From Cyanobium sp. (GTDB lineage Bacteria > Cyanobacteriota > Cyanobacteriia > PCC-6307 > Cyanobiaceae): DNA of 64,000 bases. Positions 11,283-20,798 of the stretch are shown one piece after another. Below the pieces are notes generated by a model. It searched no databases and was not told where the DNA came from. It worked only from the letters and a program-made list of their open reading frames with translations. Position 1 is the first letter of the stretch, and every line of letters begins with the position of its first letter. Where the stretch lies: NCBI GenBank assembly GCA_044351065.1, contig JBILGK010000017.1, positions 3,003 through 67,002 on the forward strand, given 5' to 3'. The position numbers were made by a program, and so were the translations under genes.

Positions 11283-12573
11283 GCGCTGCCGCGAGCGCCC
11301 GGCCGGCGATCCAGCCACTGCTCCAGCAGTGCTGAAAGTTGAAGCCACCGGTCACCCCATCCACATCGAGAATCTCACCCACCAGATGCAGACCGGGGCA
11401 GCGGCGACTCTCAAGCGTGGCGGCCTCCACCTCCGCCAGCGGGATGCCGCCAGCGGTGACAAACTCCTCCCCGAAAGGCCCGCGTCCGGCGATGCGGTAG
11501 CGGCTGTCCCGCAGAGCTGCCGTGAGGGACTGCTGGGCCCGGCGATCCAGATCCGCCCAGCGCAACGCCGGATCGAGAGGACCACCCTCGGGACCGCCGC
11601 CCTGCAGAAGGTGGAGCCAGAGGCGTCGGCTCAGGCCGGGCCAGGGTCGGGCCGTGGCCAGCTGCCGCCGGGCCTGCTCGCGACGGGCCCTGTCCAAAAG
11701 CTCGGCGATCTCGGCCGGCGGCAGGCCACCCGTCCAGTCAACCCGCAACTGGCCGCGGTAGCCCCGGGCCTTCAGGTCGCGGGCGGCGAAGGCGGTGAGT
11801 CGCAGCGTGGCAGGTCCGCTCAAACCCCAGTGCGTGATCAACACCGCTCCGCGCTGGCGCAGCGGGTCTCGAGGGCGGCCAGCGACGCGACCCGGCGGGG
11901 GGCCGACGCCTTCGGGGGGGAGCAACTCCAGCACCACCGGATCCATCGAGACGCCGGCGAGGGCGGCGAGGGGATGGTCGGACAGGGAGAGGGTGAACAG
12001 GGAGGGGAGGGGGGGCACGAGGCTGTGTCCCAGGGATACGGCCACCCGGTGCCCGCTGGGATGGCTGCCGGTGGCCAGCACCAACCGATCCGCTTCGAGG
12101 CTCGCGCCCGAGCGCAGCCGCAGGCGGAATTCCCCTGCCGATCCACGCTCGACCGCCTGGAGGGCCTCCCCGGTGACCAGGCGCACGCCGACGGCCCGGG
12201 CCGTGTCCCGCAGGCAGGCCACCACCGAGGCGGAGCGATGGGAGCGGGGGAACAGGCGGCCATCGGGCTCTTCGACAAGTTCCAACCCGTGGGCAGCGAA
12301 CCAGGAGACGGTGTCCCCCGGAGCGAACCGGGCGAACAGGCTGCGCAGGGCCGGTCCGCCCCGGGGGTAGTAGCCGACCAGAAGGCGGGGATCCCAGCAG
12401 GCATGGGTAACGTTGCAGCGGCCTCCACCGCTGATGCGCACTTTGTGCAACGGCTCGGCGGTGGCCTCCAGGACGAGCACATCCCGGAGACCGGCCTCGG
12501 CAGCGCTGATCGCCGTCAGATACCCGGCGGGACCACCGCCGGCCACGACCAGGGTGGCGCGGCTGGGCAGCAT
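11257..12573 (-). CDS. NAD(P)/FAD-dependent oxidoreductase (HI0933/YhiN/BaiN-like flavoprotein)
   Basis: C-terminal two-thirds of ORF 11257..13215. Start taken at MLPSRATLVVAGGGPAGY (CAT 12571-12573; alternative 12582). Contains the Rossmann GGGPAG motif, ISGGGRCNVT and a C-terminal ITGGFNFQ-like VTGGFNFQHCW. Confidence 0.8.
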   Translation of the reverse strand: MLPSRATLVVAGGGPAGYLTAISAAEAGLRDVLVLEATAEPLHKVRISGGGRCNVTHACWDPRLLVGYYPRGGPALRSLFARFAPGDTVSWFAAHGLELVEEPDGRLFPRSHRSASVVACLRDTARAVGVRLVTGEALQAVERGSAGEFRLRLRSGASLEADRLVLATGSHPSGHRVAVSLGHSLVPPLPSLFTLSLSDHPLAALAGVSMDPVVLELLPPEGVGPPPGRVAGRPRDPLRQRGAVLITHWGLSGPATLRLTAFAARDLKARGYRGQLRVDWTGGLPPAEIAELLDRARREQARRQLATARPWPGLSRRLWLHLLQGGGPEGGPLDPALRWADLDRRAQQSLTAALRDSRYRIAGRGPFGEEFVTAGGIPLAEVEAATLESRRCPGLHLVGEILDVDGVTGGFNFQHCWSSGWIAGRALAAALSECSQTR

Positions 12574-13612
12574 GGCAGTCATGCAGTCAGAACTTCCCCT
12601 TCCCTTTCGCTTCAGTGTGGCGCCGATGCTGGATTGCACGGACCGCCACTTTCGGCTGCAGATGCGCCAGATCTGCCGGCACGGCCTGATGTACAGCGAG
12701 ATGGTAGTGGCCCGGGCCCTGCACCACATCCAGGGGGAACACAAGGGCCCTCGGCACGGGGAGGGGGAACGGCGGCTGGGGCGCTTGCTGGACTTTGCTC
12801 CCTCAGAGCGGCCGCTGGCATTGCAGCTGGGGGGCGACGAGCCGGAGCTGCTGGCGGAGGCGGCGCGGTTGGCGGCGGCTTGGGGGTATGACGAGGTCAA
12901 CCTGAACGTCGGTTGCCCCAGCGAAAAGGTGCGGCTGGGGCGCTTCGGGGCCTGCCTGATGGCCGATCCGCCACGGGTGGCCCGCTGCGTTGCCGCCATG
13001 GCGGCCGCCTCGCCGCTGCCGGTCACGGTGAAGCACCGCATCGGCATCGATGACCTCGACAGCTTCGCCCTGCTACTGGGCTTCGTCGACAGCGTGGCCG
13101 CGGCGGGCGCTTGCCGCTTCGCCGTGCACGCACGCAAAGCGTGGCTTGAGGGGCTCGACCCCAAGCAGAACCGAACCGTGCCGCCGCTCCGCTGGGATGT
13201 CGTGCAGCGACTCAAACGGGAACGGCCCCAACTCTGTATTGAGCTGAATGGCGGCCTGGAGGATCTGGCGGCCTGCCAGCAGCAGTTGCGGCTCGTGGAC
13301 GGCGTGATGGTGGGACGGGCTGCCTACGCGCACCCCCTGCGTTGGGCCGCGGTGGATCGGGAGATCTTCCAGGATCCCCATCCGCTGGCCTCGGCCTCGA
13401 CGGTGGTTCGGGGCTTGATCCCCCATGCCGCCGATTGGTGCGCGTCCGGCGGACGGCTCTGGGCGATCGCCCGGCACCTGGTGCACCTGGTGGAAGGGGT
13501 GCCAGGGGCACGCCACTGGCGCGCAGCTCTCAGTCGAGCCGCTGGGGCCGGGGAGGCAGGTGCGGAGGTGCTGGAACAGGCGGCCCGCCAGCTGGAGGAA
13601 CGGGGGTACTGA
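12572..13612 (+). CDS. dusA: tRNA-dihydrouridine synthase A
   Basis: Inside ORF 12413..13612, with ATG at 12572 (MAVMQSELPLPFRFSVAPMLDCTDRHFR) or 12581. The RFSVAPMLDxTDRH opening and NLNVGCPS are typical DusA motifs. Confidence 0.85.
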   Translation: MAVMQSELPLPFRFSVAPMLDCTDRHFRLQMRQICRHGLMYSEMVVARALHHIQGEHKGPRHGEGERRLGRLLDFAPSERPLALQLGGDEPELLAEAARLAAAWGYDEVNLNVGCPSEKVRLGRFGACLMADPPRVARCVAAMAAASPLPVTVKHRIGIDDLDSFALLLGFVDSVAAAGACRFAVHARKAWLEGLDPKQNRTVPPLRWDVVQRLKRERPQLCIELNGGLEDLAACQQQLRLVDGVMVGRAAYAHPLRWAAVDREIFQDPHPLASASTVVRGLIPHAADWCASGGRLWAIARHLVHLVEGVPGARHWRAALSRAAGAGEAGAEVLEQAARQLEERGY

Positions 13613-13643
13613 AGCCCGCGCCTCCAGCTGACGAAGGCAGAGC

Positions 13644-14129
13644 TCAGCCCTCGGCGCCCGGGTAGTCGGAATCTCCGGCACCGCCGCTGCGACGACGGCG
13701 AGCGCGGCCAGTTTCGAAGCTGTCTCCGCCGCCGTAGCTGCGGTCTTCCCAGCCTCGGGCCCCGGACCCCCCGGCGTCGCCGCCGCGACCGTAGCCACCG
13801 CCTCCCCCGTAACCGCCGCCACCGCCGCCGCCGCCGCGATAGCCACCACCGCCGCCGCCGCCGCCGCCACCGCCACGGGGAGCGGCGCCACGGGGCTCGG
13901 CCTTGTTGATCCGCAGGGGGCGGCCCATCAACTCGGCCCCCTGCAGCCCTTCAATGGCTCGGTCCTCGCTGTCGGCATCCGCCAGCTCGACGAAGGCGAA
14001 CCCCCGCTTGCGACCGGTGTCCCGTTCGAGCGGGAGGGAACAGTTGACGACTTCGCCATAGGGAGCGAAAAGCTCCATCACATCTTCTTTCTCGGCACGG
14101 AAAGGAAGATTGCCAACAAAAATACTCAC
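13644..14129 (-). CDS. RRM-type RNA-binding protein with long Gly-rich tail
   Basis: GTG at 14129 gives VSIFVGNLPF (RNP2), then KRGFAFVEL (RNP1), followed by an ~80-aa G/R/Y-rich tail. Cyanobacterial Rbp family. Confidence 0.85.
   Translation of the reverse strand: MSIFVGNLPFRAEKEDVMELFAPYGEVVNCSLPLERDTGRKRGFAFVELADADSEDRAIEGLQGAELMGRPLRINKAEPRGAAPRGGGGGGGGGGGYRGGGGGGGGYGGGGGYGRGGDAGGSGARGWEDRSYGGGDSFETGRARRRRSGGAGDSDYPGAEG
13794..13875. repeat. simple GCC/ACC (GGN glycine codon) repeat tract inside the rbp gene
   Basis: The plus strand reads ...gccaccgcctcccccgtaaccgccgccaccgccgccgccgccgcgatagccaccaccgccgccgccgccgccgccaccgcc..., encoding G11-YRG8-YG5 on the minus strand. Confidence 0.7.
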
Positions 14130-14179
14130 GGACCGACTCAGAATCGAGCGAACGCCATGGCGCCTGGAACTCCCCAAGA

Positions 14180-15628
14180 TTAGACCCGAACGGTCGCGCG
14201 GTCCTCCCCCAGTCGTGAACGAGCGCGAACCAGTTGCTCGCGCACCCCCTCGAAGCCCGTGCCGCCCTCGCTGCGGCGGGCAGCGACCACCCGTCGAGGC
14301 TCGATCACCGCCAGGATGTCGGCCTCAAAAGAGGGGTGCAGGGCCTGCCACCGCTCCAGCGGCAGCTGACGCAGCAGAGTCCCCTCCGCCAGGCAGCCCT
14401 TCACCAGGGCGCCCACCAGCTGGTAGGCCTCCCGGAAGGGAACCCCCCGGGCCACCAGGTAGTCGGCCACATCGGTGGCGTTGGAGAAATCCGTCTGCAC
14501 CGCCTGCTCCAGGCGCTCGGGGCGGAACTCCAGGCCCTCCTCAAACAAGATCGCCATCGCCTCCAGGCAGTCCAGGCAGGTGCGCACCCCATCGAACAGG
14601 GCCTCCTTGTCCTCCTGGAAGTCCTTGTTGTAGGCCAGCGGCAAGCCCTTGATCATCGTCAGCAGCCCCATCAGATGCCCGAAGACCCGGCCGCTCTTGC
14701 CGCGCACCAGCTCTGGCACGTCAGGATTCTTCTTCTGGGGCATCAGGCTGCTGCCGGTGGCGCAGCGATCGGTGAGGGAGACGAAGGCGAACTCCTCGCT
14801 GGCCCAGAGGATCACCTCCTCACTGAGGCGACTGAGGTGCACCATCACCAAGCTGGCGGCTGCCATGAACTCCACGGCGAAGTCCCGGTCGCTGACCGCG
14901 TCGAGGCTGTTGGCGTAGGGAGCGTCAAACCCCAGCTCGGCGGCCGTGCTGCGGCGGTCGATCGGCACGGGCGTGCCCGCCAGGGCCGCGGCCCCGAGCG
15001 GACAGAGGTTCACCCGGCGCCGCACATCGGCAAGACGCTGCCGGTCGCGCTCAGCCATCTCGATGTAGGCCAGCAGATGGTGGGCCAGGCAGAGGGGCTG
15101 GGCACGCTGGAGGTGGGTGTAACCCGGAATCAGCACGTCGGCATGGCGCTCCGCCTGAGCCAGCAGGGACCGCTCGAAGCGGACCAGGGCCGCATCCATC
15201 GCGTCGATGCGACGGCGCAGCCACAGGCGCAGATCCGTACCCACCTGGTCGTTGCGACTGCGGCCGGTGTGCAGCTTCTTGCCCAGGGGGCCGATCCGCT
15301 CGATCAGACGGCGCTCCACAGCAAAGTGCACGTCCTCCGCTTCGATGCCGGGGGTGAAGCGACCTTCGGCAGCCTCAACGCGGATCGCCTCCAACCCTTC
15401 GATCAACTGATCCGCTTCGGCCGGGCTGATCACCCCGCAGGCGCCCAGCATGCGGGCGTGGGCGACGGAACCGTCCAGGTCTTCCGGAAGCAGGCTGATG
15501 TCGAAGCCGATCGAGGCATTGAAGCGCTCAATCACCGGATGCAGGCCCTGCTCAAAACGATCGCTCCAGCCGCCGGCCGCGCCGCCGGACACCCCGGAGG
15601 GAAGGGAGCTGGCGAAGGAATCACTCAT
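14180..15628 (-). CDS. argH: argininosuccinate lyase
   Basis: 482 aa with [15 protein letters not shown] and [12 protein letters not shown] signature motifs. Confidence 0.95.
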   Translation of the reverse strand: MSDSFASSLPSGVSGGAAGGWSDRFEQGLHPVIERFNASIGFDISLLPEDLDGSVAHARMLGACGVISPAEADQLIEGLEAIRVEAAEGRFTPGIEAEDVHFAVERRLIERIGPLGKKLHTGRSRNDQVGTDLRLWLRRRIDAMDAALVRFERSLLAQAERHADVLIPGYTHLQRAQPLCLAHHLLAYIEMAERDRQRLADVRRRVNLCPLGAAALAGTPVPIDRRSTAAELGFDAPYANSLDAVSDRDFAVEFMAAASLVMVHLSRLSEEVILWASEEFAFVSLTDRCATGSSLMPQKKNPDVPELVRGKSGRVFGHLMGLLTMIKGLPLAYNKDFQEDKEALFDGVRTCLDCLEAMAILFEEGLEFRPERLEQAVQTDFSNATDVADYLVARGVPFREAYQLVGALVKGCLAEGTLLRQLPLERWQALHPSFEADILAVIEPRRVVAARRSEGGTGFEGVREQLVRARSRLGEDRATVRV

Positions 15629-15696
15629 GGGGACGGGGCCGCGGCAGGGGGGCAGCCCCCCAGCTTGGCAGGGGTCACGGGCCCTCCACGGTCGCC

Positions 15697-17127
15697 TCAG
15701 CCCCCGGGCAAGGGGGGCAGCATCACCTCCTCGCGCACCTTGAGCACCACCATCGAGGCGTCGTCCTCCAGGTGGTGATCGGGCCCGACGAAGCGATCGA
15801 GCCGGGCGAACAGCTGATCGAGGATGCCCTGGGCCCCATGGCCAGCGCGACAGACGCCATGGAAAGCCCGGACCAGCCGCTCCTCGTCAAAGCGCTCCCC
15901 GCTGAAGCCGCTGGCCTCGGTGACCCCATCGGTGTAGTAAAGGAGGGCATCGCCAGGCTCCAGCACCACCTGCCCGCAGCCGTACTCAGCCTCGCTCTGC
16001 AGGCCGATCAACAGGCCGGGAGCATCCAGCCGGTCCACCACGCCGGAGCGTCGGTGCCAGATCAACGGCGGATTGTGGGCGGCGTTGGCAAAGCGCAGGC
16101 GTCGGCTGCGGGGGTCGTAGTCGGAATAGAAGAGGCTGACGAAGCGGTGGGAGTGGGCCAGATCCTCCTGGGCCAGACGGTTGAGATCGTGGAGGATGCG
16201 GTCGGGGGCAAGGCCGCTGAGCACTTCGGCCCGCAACATGCCGCGCAACAGCGTCATCAACAGGCCGGCGGGCACCCCCTTGCCCATCACATCGCCCATC
16301 ACCAGAGCCCACGGACCTTGCTCGCGGCGGCGGCCGGTGAGCTGGGGAAAGACCGGAATGAAGTCGTAGTAGTCCCCCCCCACCTGAAAAGCCGGGCGGC
16401 AGCAGGCCGCGAGCTCGACCCCCTCGATCAGCGGGCAGCGATCCGGCAGGAGCTGGGCCTGGATATCGGCGCCGATGCTGAGCTGCCGGTCCAGCCGCTC
16501 ATGGCGGCGGCGGTCCTCCTGGAGCAGCTCGTTCTCCAGGGCCACGCCGGTGAGGTCGGCGACGAGCTGCAGGTGGCGTCGGTACACCTCACTCCAGCTG
16601 TAGCCCCGCCGGCCGCTGAAGATGAACAGCCGCCCCCGCTGACGGCTGCGCGCCACCACCGAAGTGGCGAAAACCTGAGCGCCGCCCAGGAGGCGCCGGA
16701 TCAGGGGATCGAGCAGACCCGCCACCTCCTCGTCGCCGGAGAGGGATTGCCACTGCGTGTCCGAGAGGGAGGAGATCTGGCGCAGCACCTCGCCGCAACT
16801 CGCCCCCGGGGTGGACTGCAGATGCTCGCGCCAGAGGCGACCGTCAGGGTGGAAGACGATCAACAATGAGCCCTCCCCATCCACCAAGCGAGCCGCCACC
16901 AGGGGAACCAGTTCGACGAAGCGGCCGAGATGGGTGAAGCTGCGCAGCGCGAACGAAAGGGAGGTGAGCAGCTCCTGGTTGCGGCGCTGCTCACGGCTGA
17001 GGCTGTCGAGCAATTGGCGCAGGGAAGCTGCAGCCGTGAGCGCCTGGGCGGTGCGTGGCAGAGCCTGGGGCAGGGGAGGCTTCGGTGGCGGCTTGCTGCT
17101 CAAGGAGCGGCCGCAGAGGAACCGCAA
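15697..17127 (-). CDS. PP2C/SpoIIE-family serine phosphatase with N-terminal GAF-like sensor region (RsbU/IcfG-like)
   Basis: 476 aa. The C-terminal half has IQAQLLP...[10 protein letters not shown]...[16 protein letters not shown]...YTDGVTEA...[10 protein letters not shown]. There is no in-frame ATG in the first ~280 codons, so the start is non-ATG (TTG at 17127 in the track). Confidence 0.8.
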   Translation of the reverse strand: MRFLCGRSLSSKPPPKPPLPQALPRTAQALTAAASLRQLLDSLSREQRRNQELLTSLSFALRSFTHLGRFVELVPLVAARLVDGEGSLLIVFHPDGRLWREHLQSTPGASCGEVLRQISSLSDTQWQSLSGDEEVAGLLDPLIRRLLGGAQVFATSVVARSRQRGRLFIFSGRRGYSWSEVYRRHLQLVADLTGVALENELLQEDRRRHERLDRQLSIGADIQAQLLPDRCPLIEGVELAACCRPAFQVGGDYYDFIPVFPQLTGRRREQGPWALVMGDVMGKGVPAGLLMTLLRGMLRAEVLSGLAPDRILHDLNRLAQEDLAHSHRFVSLFYSDYDPRSRRLRFANAAHNPPLIWHRRSGVVDRLDAPGLLIGLQSEAEYGCGQVVLEPGDALLYYTDGVTEASGFSGERFDEERLVRAFHGVCRAGHGAQGILDQLFARLDRFVGPDHHLEDDASMVVLKVREEVMLPPLPGG

Positions 17128-17141
17128 GGTAGCAGCGGCAC

Positions 17142-18629
17142 TCAGCTGGCGAGCAGGGCTTCCACGAACTCAAAACTGTTGAAGGGGCGCAGGTCGCGGA
17201 TCCCCTCGCCAGCGCCGACAAAGCGAATCGGCAATCCGGCCTCCGAAGCAACCGCCAGAGCCACACCCCCGCGGGCGCTGCCATCGAGTTTGGTGAGCAC
17301 CACCCCGGTAAGGCCGGCGGCGCTGGCAAACGCCATGGCCTGACGCAGCCCGTTTTGACCTTGGCTGGCATCGAGCACCAGCAGCGATTCCACCGCGGCC
17401 TCCGGGGCCAGCTTGTCGACGATGCGGCGCACCTTGCTGAGTTCCTCCATCAGGTTGTGCTTCGTCTGCAGCCGGCCGGCGGTGTCCACCAGCACCAGTT
17501 CGGTACCACGGGAGCGGGCGGCACCGATGGCGTCGTAGACGACGGCGGCAGGATCGGCGTTGGCGCTGGGGTTGGAGATCACGGGCACCCCACTGCGCTC
17601 GCCCCAGACCGTCACCTGCTGCACCGCCGCGGCCCGGAAGGTGTCGGCCGCCGCGATCAGGCAGCTGTAGCCACTGCGCACCGCGAGATTGGCCAGTTTG
17701 CCCAGGGTGGTGGTCTTGCCGACTCCGTTGACGCCGACCAGCAACCAGACATTCAGGCGATCGCGGCGCGGGGCCAGCAGCGGGTGGCCGCTCTGCTGGA
17801 TCGGGCTGTCCAGCAGACCGCGCAGCTGGTCCTTCAGGAAGCGAATTCCCTCGGCGGGATCGACAACCTCCTCGTTGAGACGACGGCGCAGCGCCTCCAG
17901 GACCCGGTCGGTGGCCTGCACGCCCACATCAGCGCGCAACAGCGTGGTCTCCAGGTCATCGACCACCGCGGGGGTGAGGGGATCGTCGCCCAGGTTCTCG
18001 AGGAGCTGGGTGACGAAGTTGCGACGGGTCTTTTGGAGGCCGCGGCGCAGCCGGCTCAGCCAATCGATCTCCTCGACCGACATCTCCTCGACGCGTCGTC
18101 CCTGGGCGGCGAGCACCTCGGCGGACCAGGTGAAGTCGTCGTCAAAGGCACCGAGCTGGGGCTCGCTCTCCTCGACCACCGGCGCGCTGGCCGGGGGGAC
18201 GAGGGCCTGCTCAGGAACGGCAACCTCGGGGGGAGAAGCGAGGAGCTGCTCGAAACGCTCGCGGCGCTGGGCCGCCGCCTGCTCCAGAAGGGAAAGGGGT
18301 TGGGGAGGAGAGGGCGCAGGCTCGGACTCTGACTCGGACTGAGGCTCGGGCTGCGGCGCGGGCGCAGGATCCGGCTCGGCAGGCGGCGATTCGGGGCTGC
18401 GGCGGGCAGCCTCCTGCTGGGCCCGAAGGCGGGCGTAGGCCTCCCGCGCCCAAGCCAGCGCATCCTGGTCGACCGAGCCGATCGCAGGAGCCTCGGGGGC
18501 TTCGCCTTGCGGCGGCGCGGCGGGGGCAGGGGACGAAGACTCATCGGCCTCGCCCGGATCGGTGGCCTCGGGCGGAGTGGCCGCCGACGGCTCTGGAGAA
18601 GCACCGCGCTGGAACCAATCGAACACCAT
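17142..18629 (-). CDS. ftsY: signal recognition particle receptor FtsY
   Basis: 495 aa with an acidic/Pro-rich N-terminus, then the NG domain with GVNGVGKTTT, DTAGR and TKLDG. Confidence 0.93.
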   Translation of the reverse strand: MVFDWFQRGASPEPSAATPPEATDPGEADESSSPAPAAPPQGEAPEAPAIGSVDQDALAWAREAYARLRAQQEAARRSPESPPAEPDPAPAPQPEPQSESESEPAPSPPQPLSLLEQAAAQRRERFEQLLASPPEVAVPEQALVPPASAPVVEESEPQLGAFDDDFTWSAEVLAAQGRRVEEMSVEEIDWLSRLRRGLQKTRRNFVTQLLENLGDDPLTPAVVDDLETTLLRADVGVQATDRVLEALRRRLNEEVVDPAEGIRFLKDQLRGLLDSPIQQSGHPLLAPRRDRLNVWLLVGVNGVGKTTTLGKLANLAVRSGYSCLIAAADTFRAAAVQQVTVWGERSGVPVISNPSANADPAAVVYDAIGAARSRGTELVLVDTAGRLQTKHNLMEELSKVRRIVDKLAPEAAVESLLVLDASQGQNGLRQAMAFASAAGLTGVVLTKLDGSARGGVALAVASEAGLPIRFVGAGEGIRDLRPFNSFEFVEALLAS

Positions 18630-18635
18630 CGCTGC

Positions 18636-19256
18636 TCAGACCCTCGCGGTGGTGAAGCGACGCAGCACGCCGTTGATCATGCGCCGGCCCTGCTCATCGC
18701 TGTAGCGATTGGCCAGCTCGACCGCTTCATTGCAGGCGACCGCCGATGGCGTGCCCAGAACCTCAAGGTCGACAGCTGCGAGGCGAAGGATGTCCCGGTC
18801 GATGCGGGGCAATCGTCCGAGGCGCCAGCCCTCCATCACCGCGTCGAGACGAGCGTCGATGGCCTCCCGGTCCGCCAGGACGGCGCGGGTGCGCTCGATC
18901 GCGCTGCGCCGCACCTCCTCCTGGTCGGCCAGAAGCAGCAGACGGGGAAGCTCCAGGCTGGCGGAAAGGCGATTCAGGGCATGCTCGGCGTGGGAGAGCC
19001 CCCCACGCAGGTGTTGGCGAACCCGAGGAAGGGAGGCTTCATCCCCTTCCTGCAACTCACTGTCCAACAATTCCCGCTCGGCCTCCTGCAGATCGGCGGC
19101 GGAGCGGTCGAGGGACTCGCGCACATGCTGGGCAAGACTGGAAAGGGCCTGCTGCAGAAGGGTTTCCAGCGGGAGATCGGGGTTGGGAGCCGCGCGATCG
19201 CTGACCTGAGCGAGCATCAGCAGAGCGAGTTCACGGGCGAGGGTGCGGCTCTTCAT
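18636..19256 (-). CDS. nusB: transcription antitermination factor NusB
   Basis: 206 aa starting MKSRTLARELALLML, with C-terminal NEAVELANRYSDEQGRRMINGVL, the NusB fold signature. Confidence 0.88.
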   Translation of the reverse strand: MKSRTLARELALLMLAQVSDRAAPNPDLPLETLLQQALSSLAQHVRESLDRSAADLQEAERELLDSELQEGDEASLPRVRQHLRGGLSHAEHALNRLSASLELPRLLLLADQEEVRRSAIERTRAVLADREAIDARLDAVMEGWRLGRLPRIDRDILRLAAVDLEVLGTPSAVACNEAVELANRYSDEQGRRMINGVLRRFTTARV

Positions 19257-20012
19257 TCAGGAAAGCTGGGGAGCGCGCAGCTGGGCCAGAAGACTGGCAA
19301 AGCTGCGGTTGGAGGGGGCCTCCTTCTCGTCGGGGCTGACGATGCCGGCGGAGATGATCGTGCGAAACGCATCCTCCACGCTGAGGTCAACATCGCGCAC
19401 GGAGCGTTCCGGAACCACCGCGTACCAACCGGTGGTGGGATTGGGGGCCGTTGGAATGAACACGCTCAACATCGTTTGGTCGAAATCGGCCTGGATCGAC
19501 GCGCCGAGCACGCCGGTGACGAAGCCGAGCGCGTAGAGACCCTCGCGCGGGTACTCCACGAGCACCACCCGGCGGAAGCGGCGGGAGTTGTCCCGCAGGA
19601 ACGTCTCAAGCAGCTGCTTGAGGGTCTTGTAGACGGAACCGGCAAGAGGGATGCGCAGCAGGGTTCCCTCCCCGAACTCCAGCAGCCAGCGGCCCACGAT
19701 GTTGCGGGCCATCAGACCGATCAACAGGATGCCGAGCAGGGGCACCAGCAGACCCACCCCCAGGTTGATCAGCTCCTGCAGGAGCGGATTGAGGGTGTTG
19801 AACGGATTGAACTGTTTGGGGATGGAGGTGAGGAAGGCCAGCACAAAGCGACTGACCGTGGTGCCGAGCCAGATGGTGGTGGCCAGGGGGATCACGACCA
19901 GCAGGCCGGCGATCAGATCATTCTTGAGATCCTGCTGAAGGCGGTCGCCCAGCGGCTGATCGGGTCGAGGACTGGAAGGGACCACGGACCATGGCGTGGG
20001 GAGAACACTCAC
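19257..20012 (-). CDS. DUF502-family membrane protein
   Basis: 251 aa. LKNDLIAGLLVVIPLATTIWL plus a second TM segment and the conserved core YKTLKQLLETF...VVLVEYPREGLYALGFVTG. The stop abuts the nusB start. Confidence 0.72.
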   Translation of the reverse strand: MSVLPTPWSVVPSSPRPDQPLGDRLQQDLKNDLIAGLLVVIPLATTIWLGTTVSRFVLAFLTSIPKQFNPFNTLNPLLQELINLGVGLLVPLLGILLIGLMARNIVGRWLLEFGEGTLLRIPLAGSVYKTLKQLLETFLRDNSRRFRRVVLVEYPREGLYALGFVTGVLGASIQADFDQTMLSVFIPTAPNPTTGWYAVVPERSVRDVDLSVEDAFRTIISAGIVSPDEKEAPSNRSFASLLAQLRAPQLS

Positions 20013-20084
20013 GGTAACCAGACGGGGATCCTGGCCATGGCAGAGGCAGCTGGCAGGACCGGATGCCGAGGCGAGCTGCCGCGA

Positions 20085-20696
20085 TCAGAGAACGGTGCCG
20101 AGGCAGAGAATGGTGAAGGCAACGATCAAGGCAATGGCTCCGCCAGAGCTGGCAAAGCGGCGCTGGCTGTTGGCGACTTTCGCCGACTGCTCCGACTGGG
20201 TGAACTTGGTTTGCATCGTCTCCAGCTGGCGGTCAATGAAGGCCCGAGCGGCCTGGATCTTCTGGGCTTCGCTGGCGCCCGGGGGGATCTGGCCGGAAGA
20301 CTCAGCCTGGCGTACGAGTTGTTGCAGCACAGCGGGATTCCTGCTCTGCTGACGGGCCATCTCGAGCTGGGCACGCTGGGCCGCCAACTGCTGGTCGGTC
20401 TGCTGCTGCAGGATCTGATCGCCTCCGAAGGCGATCGGCAGGGCCGAGGTGAGCAGGACCGCCATCAGACCGCTCAGAATGCAGACACTCCAGAGGAGGG
20501 GAGTGCGGGCCTCGGAACCCGCGGGCTCTTCCACCCGCGAGGAGACGTACATCAACAACAGACCCACCAGGGCCATGGGGGCCTGGCTCACCAGCCGCTC
20601 GACCACCAACTGGCGGAAGGGCTCGGAATTCCAATCCCACAGAATCAACACGGAGAGCATCTGCAGGAGCAGAAGCACGACCAGGGTGATGCCCAT
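20085..20696 (-). CDS. conserved hypothetical membrane protein with Gln-rich coiled-coil segment
   Basis: The last 203 codons of ORF 20085..21575 have coding-like composition: 3-4 TM helices plus QQQTDQQLAAQRAQLEMARQQ and a C-terminal TM. ATG at 20696; a GTG at 20741 would add 15 aa. The upstream part of the ORF is antisense to queG. Confidence 0.6.
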   Translation of the reverse strand: MGITLVVLLLLQMLSVLILWDWNSEPFRQLVVERLVSQAPMALVGLLLMYVSSRVEEPAGSEARTPLLWSVCILSGLMAVLLTSALPIAFGGDQILQQQTDQQLAAQRAQLEMARQQSRNPAVLQQLVRQAESSGQIPPGASEAQKIQAARAFIDRQLETMQTKFTQSEQSAKVANSQRRFASSGGAIALIVAFTILCLGTVL

Positions 20697-20798
20697 CCAG
20701 CGCAGCAAAGGGCTGAACCGGGTGGCGGGAGATGCGGTCACGCGAGCGGGCGCGGAGTCCCCCCACCTTAACGATCGGCTGAGAACCGTCCAACCTTC

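Noticed and set aside
18507-20771. 754-aa plus-strand ORF spanning the ftsY 5' end, nusB, the DUF502 gene and the membrane-protein gene
   Set aside because: It crosses four independent minus-strand genes and their junctions. Its composition is again the Gly/Ala/Arg/His-rich antisense type, with no domain signal.
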